Under the pieces are notes generated by a model. That model did not search any database and was not told the DNA's origin. It saw nothing but the letters and a program-made list of their open reading frames with translations. 30,105 nucleotides of DNA, from the IMG/VR virus record IMGVR_UViG_3300033076_001589, positions 1-30,105 of that record; one strand, given 5' to 3'. Origin of the DNA: a virus (Duplodnaviria; Caudoviricetes). A program made the translations under genes and the position numbers. The stretch's first letter is position 1. The number at the start of each line of letters is the position of its first letter. This document shows, piece after piece, positions 8,507 through 16,829 of this stretch.

Positions 8507-9640
8507 TCACTTGCCGTTGGCGGCATCGACGAAGAGGGCGTGCTTCTCCTGGCGCAGCCGGACGAAGGCTTCCTGGTAGGTGCAGCCGTCCTTCCGCATG
8601 CGCTCGTTCACGGCGGTCTGGATCTGGTCCAGCTTGGAGCGCGTGTCGGCGTTGCGCTGGCCCAGGCCGGCGCTGACCGGCTGGGTGTGGAGGCGCCTGG
8701 TCCGCGCGGCGAGCTTCGCCACGGTGGCGTCGAAGGCGACCTCGTTCGCGAACTCCGCCTCCAGGGCGGGCCGTTCGGCGGCGGTGAGCCGGCCTTCGGT
8801 GACCGCGTGGTCGAGCAGGAGCTTCGCGCGCTCCTTGCGTTCGTTGGCGGCGGTGGTGGTGGCGGCGGTGGCCCTGGCCTCCGCGGCGGTGAGCTGGCCG
8901 GTGAGTTCGGTGACCCTGGCCTTGGCCGTGGTCGCCTCGTTCGCGGCCGAGGTGAGGCGTTCGCCGATCTGCATCAGCGCCGCCTTGATCTGGTCATCGG
9001 TCGCTTCGGGGGGAAGCTCGATGCCCTGGCTCTTGAGCCAGTTGAGGATCTCGGTCTTGTTCATGGTGGTGCTGTCACCTGGGAGTTCGTTGGCCGCGGT
9101 GACGGGCGGCACGGGGATGTTGGGCTCGTTGGTGAAGCCGACGCTCTTCAGCCGGAACGGGCGCCAGACGTTGCCTTCCTTGCGCATGGCCCAGTTCACC
9201 GAGTGGCCGTGGAAGGCCTCGCTCTCGATGAGCTGCCGGCCGGCGTCGCTCCACTTCACGTTCGCGGCCAGGCCGGTCTCGGTCGCCTTGAGCTGCTTGA
9301 TGCGGCCGTAGGCGCGGGTGTCGGTGTAGCGGGCCTTGAAGGCGTCGTGGTCCGGGTGGCCGATGTAGAAGGGCAGGCCGAGCAGGCGCGTGGGCAGGTT
9401 CGCGAGCCGTTTGAACTCGTTGACGATGTTCTCGGCGTCCTCGCGGCGGAAGCGCTGCAGGCCCACGCTGTTGTCGTGGTCGCCGTAGGGCGCGAGGATC
9501 ACCCAGTTGTCGGCGTCGGCCTTCAGCTCGTTGGCGGCGGAGATGTGGTCGCACTCGGCCGGCGCGGCTTCGTTGGCGGCCAGGGCAATGGCGGAGCGCG
9601 GAATGCGGAGTGCGGAATGGAGGCGGCGAAGCAGGTTCAT
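8507..9640 (-). CDS. Mu-like prohead protease I / scaffold Z
   Basis: YIGHPDH, AYGRIKQL, VKWSDAGRQLI, LKSVGFTNEPNI motifs; coiled-coil C-half with a possible internal start at 9064 (MNKTEIL). Confidence 0.9.
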   Translation of the reverse strand: MNLLRRLHSALRIPRSAIALAANEAAPAECDHISAANELKADADNWVILAPYGDHDNSVGLQRFRREDAENIVNEFKRLANLPTRLLGLPFYIGHPDHDAFKARYTDTRAYGRIKQLKATETGLAANVKWSDAGRQLIESEAFHGHSVNWAMRKEGNVWRPFRLKSVGFTNEPNIPVPPVTAANELPGDSTTMNKTEILNWLKSQGIELPPEATDDQIKAALMQIGERLTSAANEATTAKARVTELTGQLTAAEARATAATTTAANERKERAKLLLDHAVTEGRLTAAERPALEAEFANEVAFDATVAKLAARTRRLHTQPVSAGLGQRNADTRSKLDQIQTAVNERMRKDGCTYQEAFVRLRQEKHALFVDAANGK

Positions 9641-11259
9641 GCGGGGGTTCCGGGGGTGAGTCCGCGGAGAAGGCTGGTGGCGATGGCCTGGGCGAGCACG
9701 TCGGCGGAGTCGTCGGTGCGGTCGAGCTGCTGGCGGAGCGCGGAGGCGGGGTTGCGGAGCTCGCTGACGAGCCGGGCGGCGTTGGCGGCCCAGGCGACGG
9801 GTTCGGTGAGGGCGTTGAGCTCGGCGAGGCGGCGGGCGAGCGGCGACAGCTCGGCGGCCGTGGCGCGGCCGAGGCGGCGCCGGGCGTCGGCCACCAGGCG
9901 GAGGGTGTCCGCATCGGGCGCGGCGGCGGCGGCACGGGTGAGGGCGCGGCCCACCTCGTTGGCGGCCTCGTTCAGCGGCGGCCGGGGGAAGGCCCCGAAG
10001 GGATTCGCGGCGACGGGCGCGGGCGCGGGGCTCGTGAGGACCTGGTCGTCGGCATCGGCCGGGGTGCGGTCGTAGCGTTCGAGCGCGTCGTCCACGCTCA
10101 GGCGGGCGCCGCTGGCAATGAGGAAGCGGTCCACCTCCAGCTCGCGTTGGGCGTCGCGCTGGCGCGGCACGACGATCTTCACGTAGGCGAGGGGCTTCAC
10201 GCCTTCGCCGAAGCTCCAGGCGATGACGCGGCGATCGAGCTGTTCGTTGAGGGTCTCGCTCACGAGGGCGGCGTCGTCCTCTTCCAGGAGATCGCTCTCG
10301 CTGCCCTGCACGCTGGCGCCCTGCCCCTGCCCGGCCCCGGCGCTGAGGGTCGAGAGGTCCGCGCCGCGCCAGATCCGGGCGAGGGCGCGGTCCATGCGCT
10401 CGATCATCGGCTCGAACGGGAGCTGGCCGCTGTTGCCGACTTCCAGGAGGTTGATCTCGGAGGAACGGCTGCGGACCAGGGAGACTTCACGGGCGAGGCT
10501 CTCAACGGCGGTGCTGAGGGCGGTCCACTCGGGCGAGTCGGGCGCGGCGTCCGTGGCGGCATCGATGATGGGGAAGCCGAAGCGGTCGTTGTAGTTCACC
10601 CAGTCACCGAGCGCGAGGCGCTTGTAGGTGTAGGCGACGGCGCTGGGTTCGAGCAGCGCGGACTCGGAGGTGGTGATCAGCCAGGCGTCGCGGTCCATCG
10701 GCTGGCCGTCCCAGGCGGTGTCGCTGGGGAGGAAGCGCAGGGCGCCGGTGCGGCCTTCGAAGAACCAGAGGGGGACGTGCTGCAGCGTGGCGGTGAGCCC
10801 CATGGGCGAGGGCTGCCACAGGATCTCGTGCACGGCCCGGCGCAGGCCGAGGGCGCCGCGGAGCATCTGGCGCACGAGGAGCTTGAAGCCGCCGCGCACG
10901 TCGCGCTCCACCGCATCGGTGACCGCGAGGTTCGCGTAGAAGTGCTCGAGGGCGGCCTTGTGCGCCTCGGCCTCGGCGCGGCGCTCTTCGGGCACGTCGT
11001 CACCGATCAGGATGGCGTAGCCGTGGCGGGCCGGGCCGCCGGTGCGCTTGGCGATGACGGTGGCGAGCACGTCGTCGCGGCGGGCGATGGCATCGGCCAG
11101 CAGGGCGAACTCCCGGAAGGTGCCGGCGGCGAAGTGGTCGAGCCAGTCGCCGAGCTTGCTCGGTTCGAGCAGGCGGATGGGGTTCGTCCGGGTGCGCTTC
11201 TGGAAGGCGACGCGCTGCGGGGAGATGACCGAGGCGGTCGGTTCGGGGGTGGGATTCAC
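9637..11259 (-). CDS. Portal protein (Mu gp29 / DUF935-like)
   Basis: DWVNYNDRFGFP, ARIWRGADLST, LVSETLNEQL; between terminase and protease. Confidence 0.9.
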   Translation of the reverse strand: MNPTPEPTASVISPQRVAFQKRTRTNPIRLLEPSKLGDWLDHFAAGTFREFALLADAIARRDDVLATVIAKRTGGPARHGYAILIGDDVPEERRAEAEAHKAALEHFYANLAVTDAVERDVRGGFKLLVRQMLRGALGLRRAVHEILWQPSPMGLTATLQHVPLWFFEGRTGALRFLPSDTAWDGQPMDRDAWLITTSESALLEPSAVAYTYKRLALGDWVNYNDRFGFPIIDAATDAAPDSPEWTALSTAVESLAREVSLVRSRSSEINLLEVGNSGQLPFEPMIERMDRALARIWRGADLSTLSAGAGQGQGASVQGSESDLLEEDDAALVSETLNEQLDRRVIAWSFGEGVKPLAYVKIVVPRQRDAQRELEVDRFLIASGARLSVDDALERYDRTPADADDQVLTSPAPAPVAANPFGAFPRPPLNEAANEVGRALTRAAAAAPDADTLRLVADARRRLGRATAAELSPLARRLAELNALTEPVAWAANAARLVSELRNPASALRQQLDRTDDSADVLAQAIATSLLRGLTPGTPA

Positions 11260-11423
11260 CGGTCACCTCCCGGTTGGAGGTCGGAAGCGGGGTTAGATGC
11301 ACCCACAGGAATGCCCCAACGCGTGCTGCTATGCCCGGCCATTGAACGATTGGCGCCGGCCGGGGTGTTGACACCCCCCAATTCGTCCTGGGGCATTCTG
11401 GAGCGTCGGCGGAAGAGGGTCAT
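11256..11423 (-). CDS. Small coupled ORF, 55 aa, between terminase and portal
   Basis: ATGA overlap with the terminase stop and GTGA overlap with the portal start; open throughout (MTLFRRRSRMPQDELGG...GGDR). Confidence 0.4.
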   Translation of the reverse strand: MTLFRRRSRMPQDELGGVNTPAGANRSMAGHSSTRWGIPVGASNPASDLQPGGDR

Positions 11424-12877
11424 ACGGCACCCCTCCGGCGGTTGAACCGGTCGCGGCTGACCGGGGAGGCGTGGAAGGGGCCGCTCACGTCCTTGCCGGC
11501 ATGGACGGCGAGGGCGAGCGCCCAGAAGCGGTCCGCGTGGCCGTTGGTGCCGCGGTCGGCGGTGAAGCGGATGTTGCCGGACGCGGTGGTCTCCTTGCGG
11601 ATGGCGCGGAGATCGGCGCGGATGAGCTTGTCGTTGGGGATGCAGAGCGAGCGGTCCTCGCAGGCCGAGCGCACGGGGTAGGCCAAGTCCGCCTTGACCG
11701 GGCCGGTGAAGGTGACCGCCTCGACCCGGTAGTTGCCGAAGCGCTTCTGCGCCCGCTCGGCGAACTGCTTGCCCAGGCCGGTGGCGTCAATGCAGCAGCG
11801 GCGCACGCCGGGCAGGGCGAGGATCTGGTAGAGCGTGTCCTCCTGGGCGTCGAAGGTCTCCCGCTGCATCGTCACCACCTCGCGGGTGTGCAGCACACCG
11901 CCGTCGCGCTCGATGACCCAGATGACGGTGAGATCGTGGTCGCGGCCCACGTCCACCCCGACGAACAGCGGATTGCGCGCCTTGGCCAGCTCGGCAAGCG
12001 GGTGGCGCCATTGCTCCGTCAGGGCATACTCGCAGCCCGCGATCAGGTCGTAGGAGAGGAACGCGGCGTTGTCGTCGGCCGGGACGCAGCAGAACTCCTG
12101 GAGGAAGGATTCCTCGTCGGCGCACTCGGCGCGCACCGCGTTGAAGTAGTCCGTCTCGTCGTAGCCCTGGCGCTCGTCATCGGCGGGGAGCTTGGACTGG
12201 AGCTTGTAGAGGAAGCCCTGGTCCAAGGCGTCCTGCAACGTGACGCGGTGGAGCGAGAAGCCCTTGGGGTTGCCGCCGTGCCGCGCTTCCTCGATCAGCT
12301 TGTTGAAGAAGTTGTGCGATCCGCGGTGCGTGCTGAAGATCGACATCTTGCCGCCCCAGGTGATGCCCGGCTGCATGATGGAGTAGAGGAGGCGGGGGTC
12401 CTTGTGCAGGGCGAACTCGTCGGCCACGCGGTCGCCGCGCTTGCCCGCCTGGGCGTCGGGCGACGAGCTGAGGCTGTAGGCGGTGGCCCCGCTGGCGAAG
12501 GCGAGGGTGAAGGCGCTGCGCTGGCGGTCGCCGTCGAAGAAGGTCTCGCCCTGATCCTCGGCGCCGATCTTGAGCAGCGCGCCCCAATTCTTGAGATCAA
12601 GGATGAACAGGCGGGCCTGCATCTCATCGCGGGACGTGATCCACGCGTCGCGTTGACTGCCCTGCTGGCCTTTGTCGCGGACCAGGTCGTAGGCCGTCGC
12701 CCAGGTGAAGCCGATCTGGCGGGACTTCTCGCAGATGCGCTTCCGGCAGGCGTCCATCACCCAATCGCGCTGATACGGCAGCAGCATGGCATCGCGCACG
12801 GGGAACAGCTTGCACCGGCCGGCGAACGGCGCCGGCACCCACGCGGGCCGCTTGGTGGTGACGACGGACGCGCTCAC
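11420..12877 (-). CDS. terL: Terminase large subunit (Mu gp28-like)
   Basis: LLPYQRDW, EKSRQIGFTW (Walker A), VADEFA (Walker B), VGVDVGRDHD, IDATGLG, GHADRFWALALA; GTG start overlaps the upstream stop. Confidence 0.95.
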   Translation of the reverse strand: MSASVVTTKRPAWVPAPFAGRCKLFPVRDAMLLPYQRDWVMDACRKRICEKSRQIGFTWATAYDLVRDKGQQGSQRDAWITSRDEMQARLFILDLKNWGALLKIGAEDQGETFFDGDRQRSAFTLAFASGATAYSLSSSPDAQAGKRGDRVADEFALHKDPRLLYSIMQPGITWGGKMSIFSTHRGSHNFFNKLIEEARHGGNPKGFSLHRVTLQDALDQGFLYKLQSKLPADDERQGYDETDYFNAVRAECADEESFLQEFCCVPADDNAAFLSYDLIAGCEYALTEQWRHPLAELAKARNPLFVGVDVGRDHDLTVIWVIERDGGVLHTREVVTMQRETFDAQEDTLYQILALPGVRRCCIDATGLGKQFAERAQKRFGNYRVEAVTFTGPVKADLAYPVRSACEDRSLCIPNDKLIRADLRAIRKETTASGNIRFTADRGTNGHADRFWALALAVHAGKDVSGPFHASPVSRDRFNRRRGAV

Positions 12878-13422
12878 AGGATCTTCGCCGCCTCCTCGAT
12901 CTTCGCGAGGGCCTCGGGCGTGAGGCCGCCCGGTTGCTTCGCGGCACTGATCGCCTCGCGGACCTTCTCCGCCTGCGCCTCCAGCAGCTTCAGGCGGCGT
13001 TCCGCCTGGGCGATCTGCTCGCCCTTCTGGTCCTGGTCGCGTGCCTTGAGTGCCAGGCTCAGCAGGCCCCGCACCTCCTCCGGGTCCGCGTTGGAGTCCG
13101 CCAGCAGGTCGAAGGCCTTCTGCCGGAGCACGGCCAGCGTGGCCTTGGTGAAGATGCACCCCTCCTTCTCGGCTTCCGCGGCGATCTTCTCCGCCCCGAT
13201 GCGCGACTGCGAACGCCGCGAGATCAAGCGCGGCGCACAGACCTGCGACCAGAAGGCCGAGAGCGAGGCTCGCGAGCAGCTGACCCCGAACTCCTTCCGC
13301 ACGAGCGGCCGGACCTTCTCGTAGGTCATCCCGGCCGAGAACAGCCAGGCGACCAGCTGCTCCTGCTGTTCCTCGGGGAGGTTGAGCAGCTTGGCGTCCG
13401 CGCGGGGCTTCTTGAGGCTCAT
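12874..13422 (-). CDS. Terminase small subunit (Mu gp27 / DUF3486-like)
   Basis: KLLNLPEEQQEQL, SRASLSAF, C-terminal GLTPEALAKIEE; directly upstream of terL. Confidence 0.8.
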   Translation of the reverse strand: MSLKKPRADAKLLNLPEEQQEQLVAWLFSAGMTYEKVRPLVRKEFGVSCSRASLSAFWSQVCAPRLISRRSQSRIGAEKIAAEAEKEGCIFTKATLAVLRQKAFDLLADSNADPEEVRGLLSLALKARDQDQKGEQIAQAERRLKLLEAQAEKVREAISAAKQPGGLTPEALAKIEEAAKIL

Positions 13423-13425
13423 GAG

Positions 13426-13674
13426 TCACAGGTTGCGCTTCGCGAGTTGGGCCCGGCCGAGGTCGGTGATCTGCCAGCGCACGGCGTGGGTCAGGTCGTC
13501 GCGCACGGCCACGGCGTAGCCGCGCCGTTCGAGGTCGTTGAGCGCCTCGCTGATCTCGGTGCCGGTGGGCACGGGTGTGACGGCGAGGCGGGCGTCGTTG
13601 CGGAGCTGCGTCTCGGTGGTGAGCAGGTCGCCCGCGGCGCGGAGGAATTGGAGCAGGGCCAGTTGGAGGTTCAT
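13426..13674 (-). CDS. Winged-helix protein (Mu gp26-like), 82 aa
   Basis: MNLQLALLQFLR...LNDLERRGYA...WQITDLGR; ATGA coupling; Mu synteny. Confidence 0.7.
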   Translation of the reverse strand: MNLQLALLQFLRAAGDLLTTETQLRNDARLAVTPVPTGTEISEALNDLERRGYAVAVRDDLTHAVRWQITDLGRAQLAKRNL

Positions 13675-14054
13675 GCGTTGGGGCGTTTGGTCAGCGTCTC
13701 CAGGCGCTGGGAGATGGATTCGAGCGTGCGGGTCTGCAGGCGCGTCTCGGTCTCGATGGCGGCGACGGAGCGGTCCACGCGGTTGACCTTCTCGTGCAGG
13801 CCGTCGAGCTGTTCGCGGAACTCGGCGCGGGCCTTCTCCACCTTCTCGCCGGCGCCGCGTTCGACGCCGCCGAGCTTGCTGAAGATGTTCTCGTGGACGC
13901 GTTCGTGCTGGGCCATGCGGCGGTCGGTGTCCACTTGGCGGCTCTCGACCTCGCGCCGGGTGATGAAGAGGGCGAACACGCCGCCGCCGGTGGCGACGAG
14001 GACGGCGAGGCCGCTGAGCCAAATCGGAAGGGTGGTGGAAGCGTCGGCGAACAT
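13671..14054 (-). CDS. Single-TM coiled-coil protein (Mu gp25 / DUF2730-like)
   Basis: N-terminal TM then coiled coil; synteny before gp26/gp27-like genes. Confidence 0.65.
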   Translation of the reverse strand: MFADASTTLPIWLSGLAVLVATGGGVFALFITRREVESRQVDTDRRMAQHERVHENIFSKLGGVERGAGEKVEKARAEFREQLDGLHEKVNRVDRSVAAIETETRLQTRTLESISQRLETLTKRPNA

Positions 14055-14057
14055 GGG

Positions 14058-14204
14058 TCAGGCGTGCAGGTCGTCGGAGTCGTCGGCGGGGGCGGGCAGC
14101 TCAGGGCGGTCGGGGTCGCTGAGGAGGACGTTGGCAATGACGAGCAATCCAAGGCAGATGCCCAGTCCAATCAGGATGCCGGCGAGGAACGGGTTGAGGC
14201 TCAC
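14058..14204 (-). CDS. Small single-TM protein, 48 aa (below cutoff)
   Basis: MSLNPFLAGILIGLGICLGLLVIANVLLSDPDRPELPAPADDSDDLHA, GTG start. Confidence 0.6.
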   Translation of the reverse strand: MSLNPFLAGILIGLGICLGLLVIANVLLSDPDRPELPAPADDSDDLHA

Positions 14205-14425
14205 GGGCGCGGGGGACGGGGTGAACGGGGCGGGCGCGGGGAACGCGGCGCACGGGCGCGCCGCGCTGAAGTCAACGGGGCACCCACTCGGGATGACGCC
14301 TCGGGCTTGCTGCGGACCGACTCTTGCTCCTGACGCGGCACGGAGATTCCGCGCGACGCAGCGGGCGAACCCGCACGGTCGCTGAACACCTGAGCATCGG
14401 TTGGCACTGGGGCCTTCTTCGTCAT
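14201..14425 (-). CDS. Possible short basic low-complexity ORF, 74 aa
   Basis: MTKKAPVPT...PRSPRPPRSPRPPRP; its stop overlaps the next GTG; no recognisable motif. Confidence 0.3.
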   Translation of the reverse strand: MTKKAPVPTDAQVFSDRAGSPAASRGISVPRQEQESVRSKPEASSRVGAPLTSARRARAPRSPRPPRSPRPPRP

Positions 14426-14480
14426 CTTGCTGGGTGCCCCTTCTCGGGGTGGTAGAGTGGCTGGGTGAAGGGGGCGGTGA

Positions 14481-15158
14481 TCAGGGCTTGGCGGCTTCGA
14501 CGAGCTTGGTCGCGGCCTCAATGACGGCGACGGCGTTGGTCGGGCCGCGGTTGTTGATCGAGTCGGTGCCGAAGCTCTGGGTCTTGTCGGTCTGCATGGC
14601 CTTGAGGTTCGCGATGGCCTGCGAGCCGCTGAACCAGGCGCGGCCACGGAGCTTGAACGTGATGCTGCGCTCCGGACTGGTGTCCCCCTGCTCGACCACG
14701 AACGAAGTGCAGCCGGGGAACAGCAGCAGGCCGAACAGCAGCAGGGCCACGGCGGGCGGCGACTTGCCCACGTTGTGCTTCACGATCTCGCGCACGCCCA
14801 CGCCGGCACTGCCGGCCACGGCGCCCGCAACGGTGCCACCGGCGTTCAGGCCCGCTTGGGTGAGGGCATACTCCAGGAGGCCGCCCAAGATGGGCGCAAT
14901 CACCGGCAGGCTGCCGGCGGGGAGTTGGGGGAAGGCCCGCTTCAGCCCGGCGATGAGCAGCGGCACCAGCACGGTGATGATCAGCGCGGTGGGCGGCAGC
15001 GCGGGAGCGGCTGGGCCGGGCACAGTGACCACGGCGGCCGGGTCAACCGGCGTGGCGACCGGCAGCTCCTGGGCGCCGGCGGCGAAGGTGAGGGCGAAGA
15101 CGGCGAACGCGGCCAGCAGACAGGCGCACGCCGCCGCGAAGGTGCGGGGAGTCTTCAT
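14481..15158 (-). CDS. Holin-like membrane protein fused to a lipoprotein-like C-terminal module; first late gene
   Basis: Start MKTPRTFAA; signal peptide; holin-like IITVLVPLLIAGLK..LPVIAPILG..GAVAGSAGVGVREIVK; internal ALLLFGLLLFPGC. Confidence 0.6.
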   Translation of the reverse strand: MKTPRTFAAACACLLAAFAVFALTFAAGAQELPVATPVDPAAVVTVPGPAAPALPPTALIITVLVPLLIAGLKRAFPQLPAGSLPVIAPILGGLLEYALTQAGLNAGGTVAGAVAGSAGVGVREIVKHNVGKSPPAVALLLFGLLLFPGCTSFVVEQGDTSPERSITFKLRGRAWFSGSQAIANLKAMQTDKTQSFGTDSINNRGPTNAVAVIEAATKLVEAAKP

Positions 15159-15273
15159 GGGAGAGGGAGGAGCCGGACGCAGCGCGAGGGAGGGACGCGA
15201 CACGTTGGACGACGGAGGCGCGGAACCGCGCCACGTCCGGCGGAAGGGGGTGGTCAGGGCGGCAAGACCCGAC

Positions 15274-15475
15274 CATAGTATCCTGAGGAGACTATGCTCG
15301 CCGGAAAGGCGATTCCGGGCCGGGGACGGAGCATAGTATCCTGAGGAGACTATGCTCGTCTTCGAGGGGCAATTCGGGCTCAGGACCGACCATAGTATCC
15401 TGAGGAGACTATGCTCGCCGGAGAGGCGATTCGGGGTCTGGGAGCGACCATAGTATCCTGAGGAGACTATGCTCG
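15274..15475. repeat. Array of four identical 27-bp palindromic repeats with 31-32 bp related spacers
   Basis: CATAGTATCCTGAGGAGACTATGCTCG at 15274, 15332, 15391, 15449 (period 58/59/58). Confidence 0.97.
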
Positions 15476-15586
15476 TCTTCGGGGGCCGCTGCGCTGTGTC
15501 CAACATGCGCTCACAGGGTGAGCGCACCGGGAATCAATTGTCCCGTGACCGAAGGGAAAGCCGGGGGCTTTGGGCGGAAATGTGGC

Positions 15587-16294
15587 TTAAGTGGCCGCGG
15601 GTTCGGGGGAGAAGTCCCAAGACCGCAGCAAACGGGCCATCTGCTCCTGTCGTTCTTCAGCGGTTCCGCCACCAAGAAGGGTGATGCGGTCGCATTGCCG
15701 TTGAAGCACGCAGGCAATGATGTCGTCCCGAATCGCCTTCACTGGGAGCATTCCTGAAATCCGCCGGATGTGCCGCCCCTCGACCGCGGAGAAGATGTCG
15801 TGACACCGGCGGAGATCCTCAACCTTCTCGAAGTGGTTTGCCCGACCGTCCCGGAGGCTTACCCGCTCCACCCCGATGTCAGGCGGAATCTCGATGATCG
15901 CCAACAGGTCGGGCACTGGTGCGAACTCCTCGTTGCGGCGGATGATGTCCCGCCAATCAAGCCCGCGGCATCCCTGGTAGGCCGCAGTGGAGTAGTAGTA
16001 GCGGTCCAGAATCACCACCTTGCCCGCTTCCAGGGACGGCCGGATCAGATCGCGAACATGTTCCCTCCGGTCCGCAATGAATTCCTCCAGCTCCTCTTCC
16101 GGGGACAGGCGGCCGCTCCAGGCGGATTCCCTCAGGCGACGACCATGCGGACCGTTTGTCGGTTCCTTCGACAGCACCACTTCCAAGCCAATTCGCCGGA
16201 GCTCCTCCGCGACAAGATTGGCCTGGGTCGTTTTGCCGGCGCCGTCGATGCCCTCAATGGCAACGAGAATGCCGGGATGTCCGCAGGAGTTCAC
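15587..16294 (-). CDS. tmk: Thymidylate (dTMP) kinase
   Basis: IEGIDGAGKTTQ P-loop, KEPT, ILDRYYYSTAAYQG, PDL motifs. Confidence 0.93.
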   Translation of the reverse strand: MNSCGHPGILVAIEGIDGAGKTTQANLVAEELRRIGLEVVLSKEPTNGPHGRRLRESAWSGRLSPEEELEEFIADRREHVRDLIRPSLEAGKVVILDRYYYSTAAYQGCRGLDWRDIIRRNEEFAPVPDLLAIIEIPPDIGVERVSLRDGRANHFEKVEDLRRCHDIFSAVEGRHIRRISGMLPVKAIRDDIIACVLQRQCDRITLLGGGTAEERQEQMARLLRSWDFSPEPAAT

Positions 16295-16355
16295 GCGGCC
16301 GGGACGGTGCCACGTTCCGACGGAGGGGCTAGCCCAAAATGGACAGCCCGTCCGG

Positions 16356-16829
16356 TTAGTGGGGTCCCCGCGGATCGTAGCCGTGGGAGCGCGCCAGGCC
16401 GTTCGTCAGCAGCAGGCGGCCCAGATCGCGGCCGTCGGGCAGCGTCACGTAGCCGGTCACCCGGCCGCCGCTGGGCGTGTGTGCGCCGCGGGTGATGATG
16501 GTGAAAGGGGCCGCCGCGAGGTGCGTGCGCGTGAACTCGGTGGCCACCTGCCCCAGGGCGAGCACGCCGGCGGTGTTGGTCTGCCAATGCGCCGCCTGCT
16601 CGGCCACGCGGGCCTTGAGGCTCCGGGTGGTCTCCGGGCAGTCCACGGCGTAGAGGCGCAACACCAGGCGGTTGGTGCCGTGCGCCACACGGAACGAGTC
16701 GCCGTCGTTGTGCGCGTCCTCGATCATCGTGCAGTTCGTCCACGTCTGCCACGTCTGCCACGGCGGCGGCGGGGGCGCGGCCAGGGCGCTGAGGACCCAC
16801 AGCGAAGACGCGAAGGCGCGAAGGAGCAT
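16356..16829 (-). CDS. Secreted thermonuclease (SNase-like), apparently C-terminally truncated
   Basis: Signal peptide; DGDSF, LRLYAVDCPET, GRVTGYV, DLGRLLLTNGLAR; no final A...GIW-type helix. Confidence 0.8.
   Translation of the reverse strand: MLLRAFASSLWVLSALAAPPPPPWQTWQTWTNCTMIEDAHNDGDSFRVAHGTNRLVLRLYAVDCPETTRSLKARVAEQAAHWQTNTAGVLALGQVATEFTRTHLAAAPFTIITRGAHTPSGGRVTGYVTLPDGRDLGRLLLTNGLARSHGYDPRGPH

Noticed and set aside
5319-13324. Long plus-strand ORFs (698, 447, 632, 611, 617 aa)
   Set aside because: Shadows of head and packaging genes caused by GC3 bias; unlike the 18.8-20 kb overlaps they show no coupling or paralogy
12878-13429. N-terminal extension of the terminase to 669 aa (possible terS-terL frameshift fusion)
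   Set aside because: The extension is out-of-frame overlap with the DUF3486-like gene; a GTGA-coupled start at 12877 explains it, and no slippery site was seen
15274-15475. Bona fide CRISPR array
   Set aside because: Spacers are mutually homologous, the repeat is not one I recognise from CRISPR families, and no cas genes are in the window; kept as an unexplained repeat array
15159-15527. Repeat array as a coding N-terminal extension of the holin-like ORF
   Set aside because: The repeat period is not a multiple of 3 and the signal peptide begins at 15158
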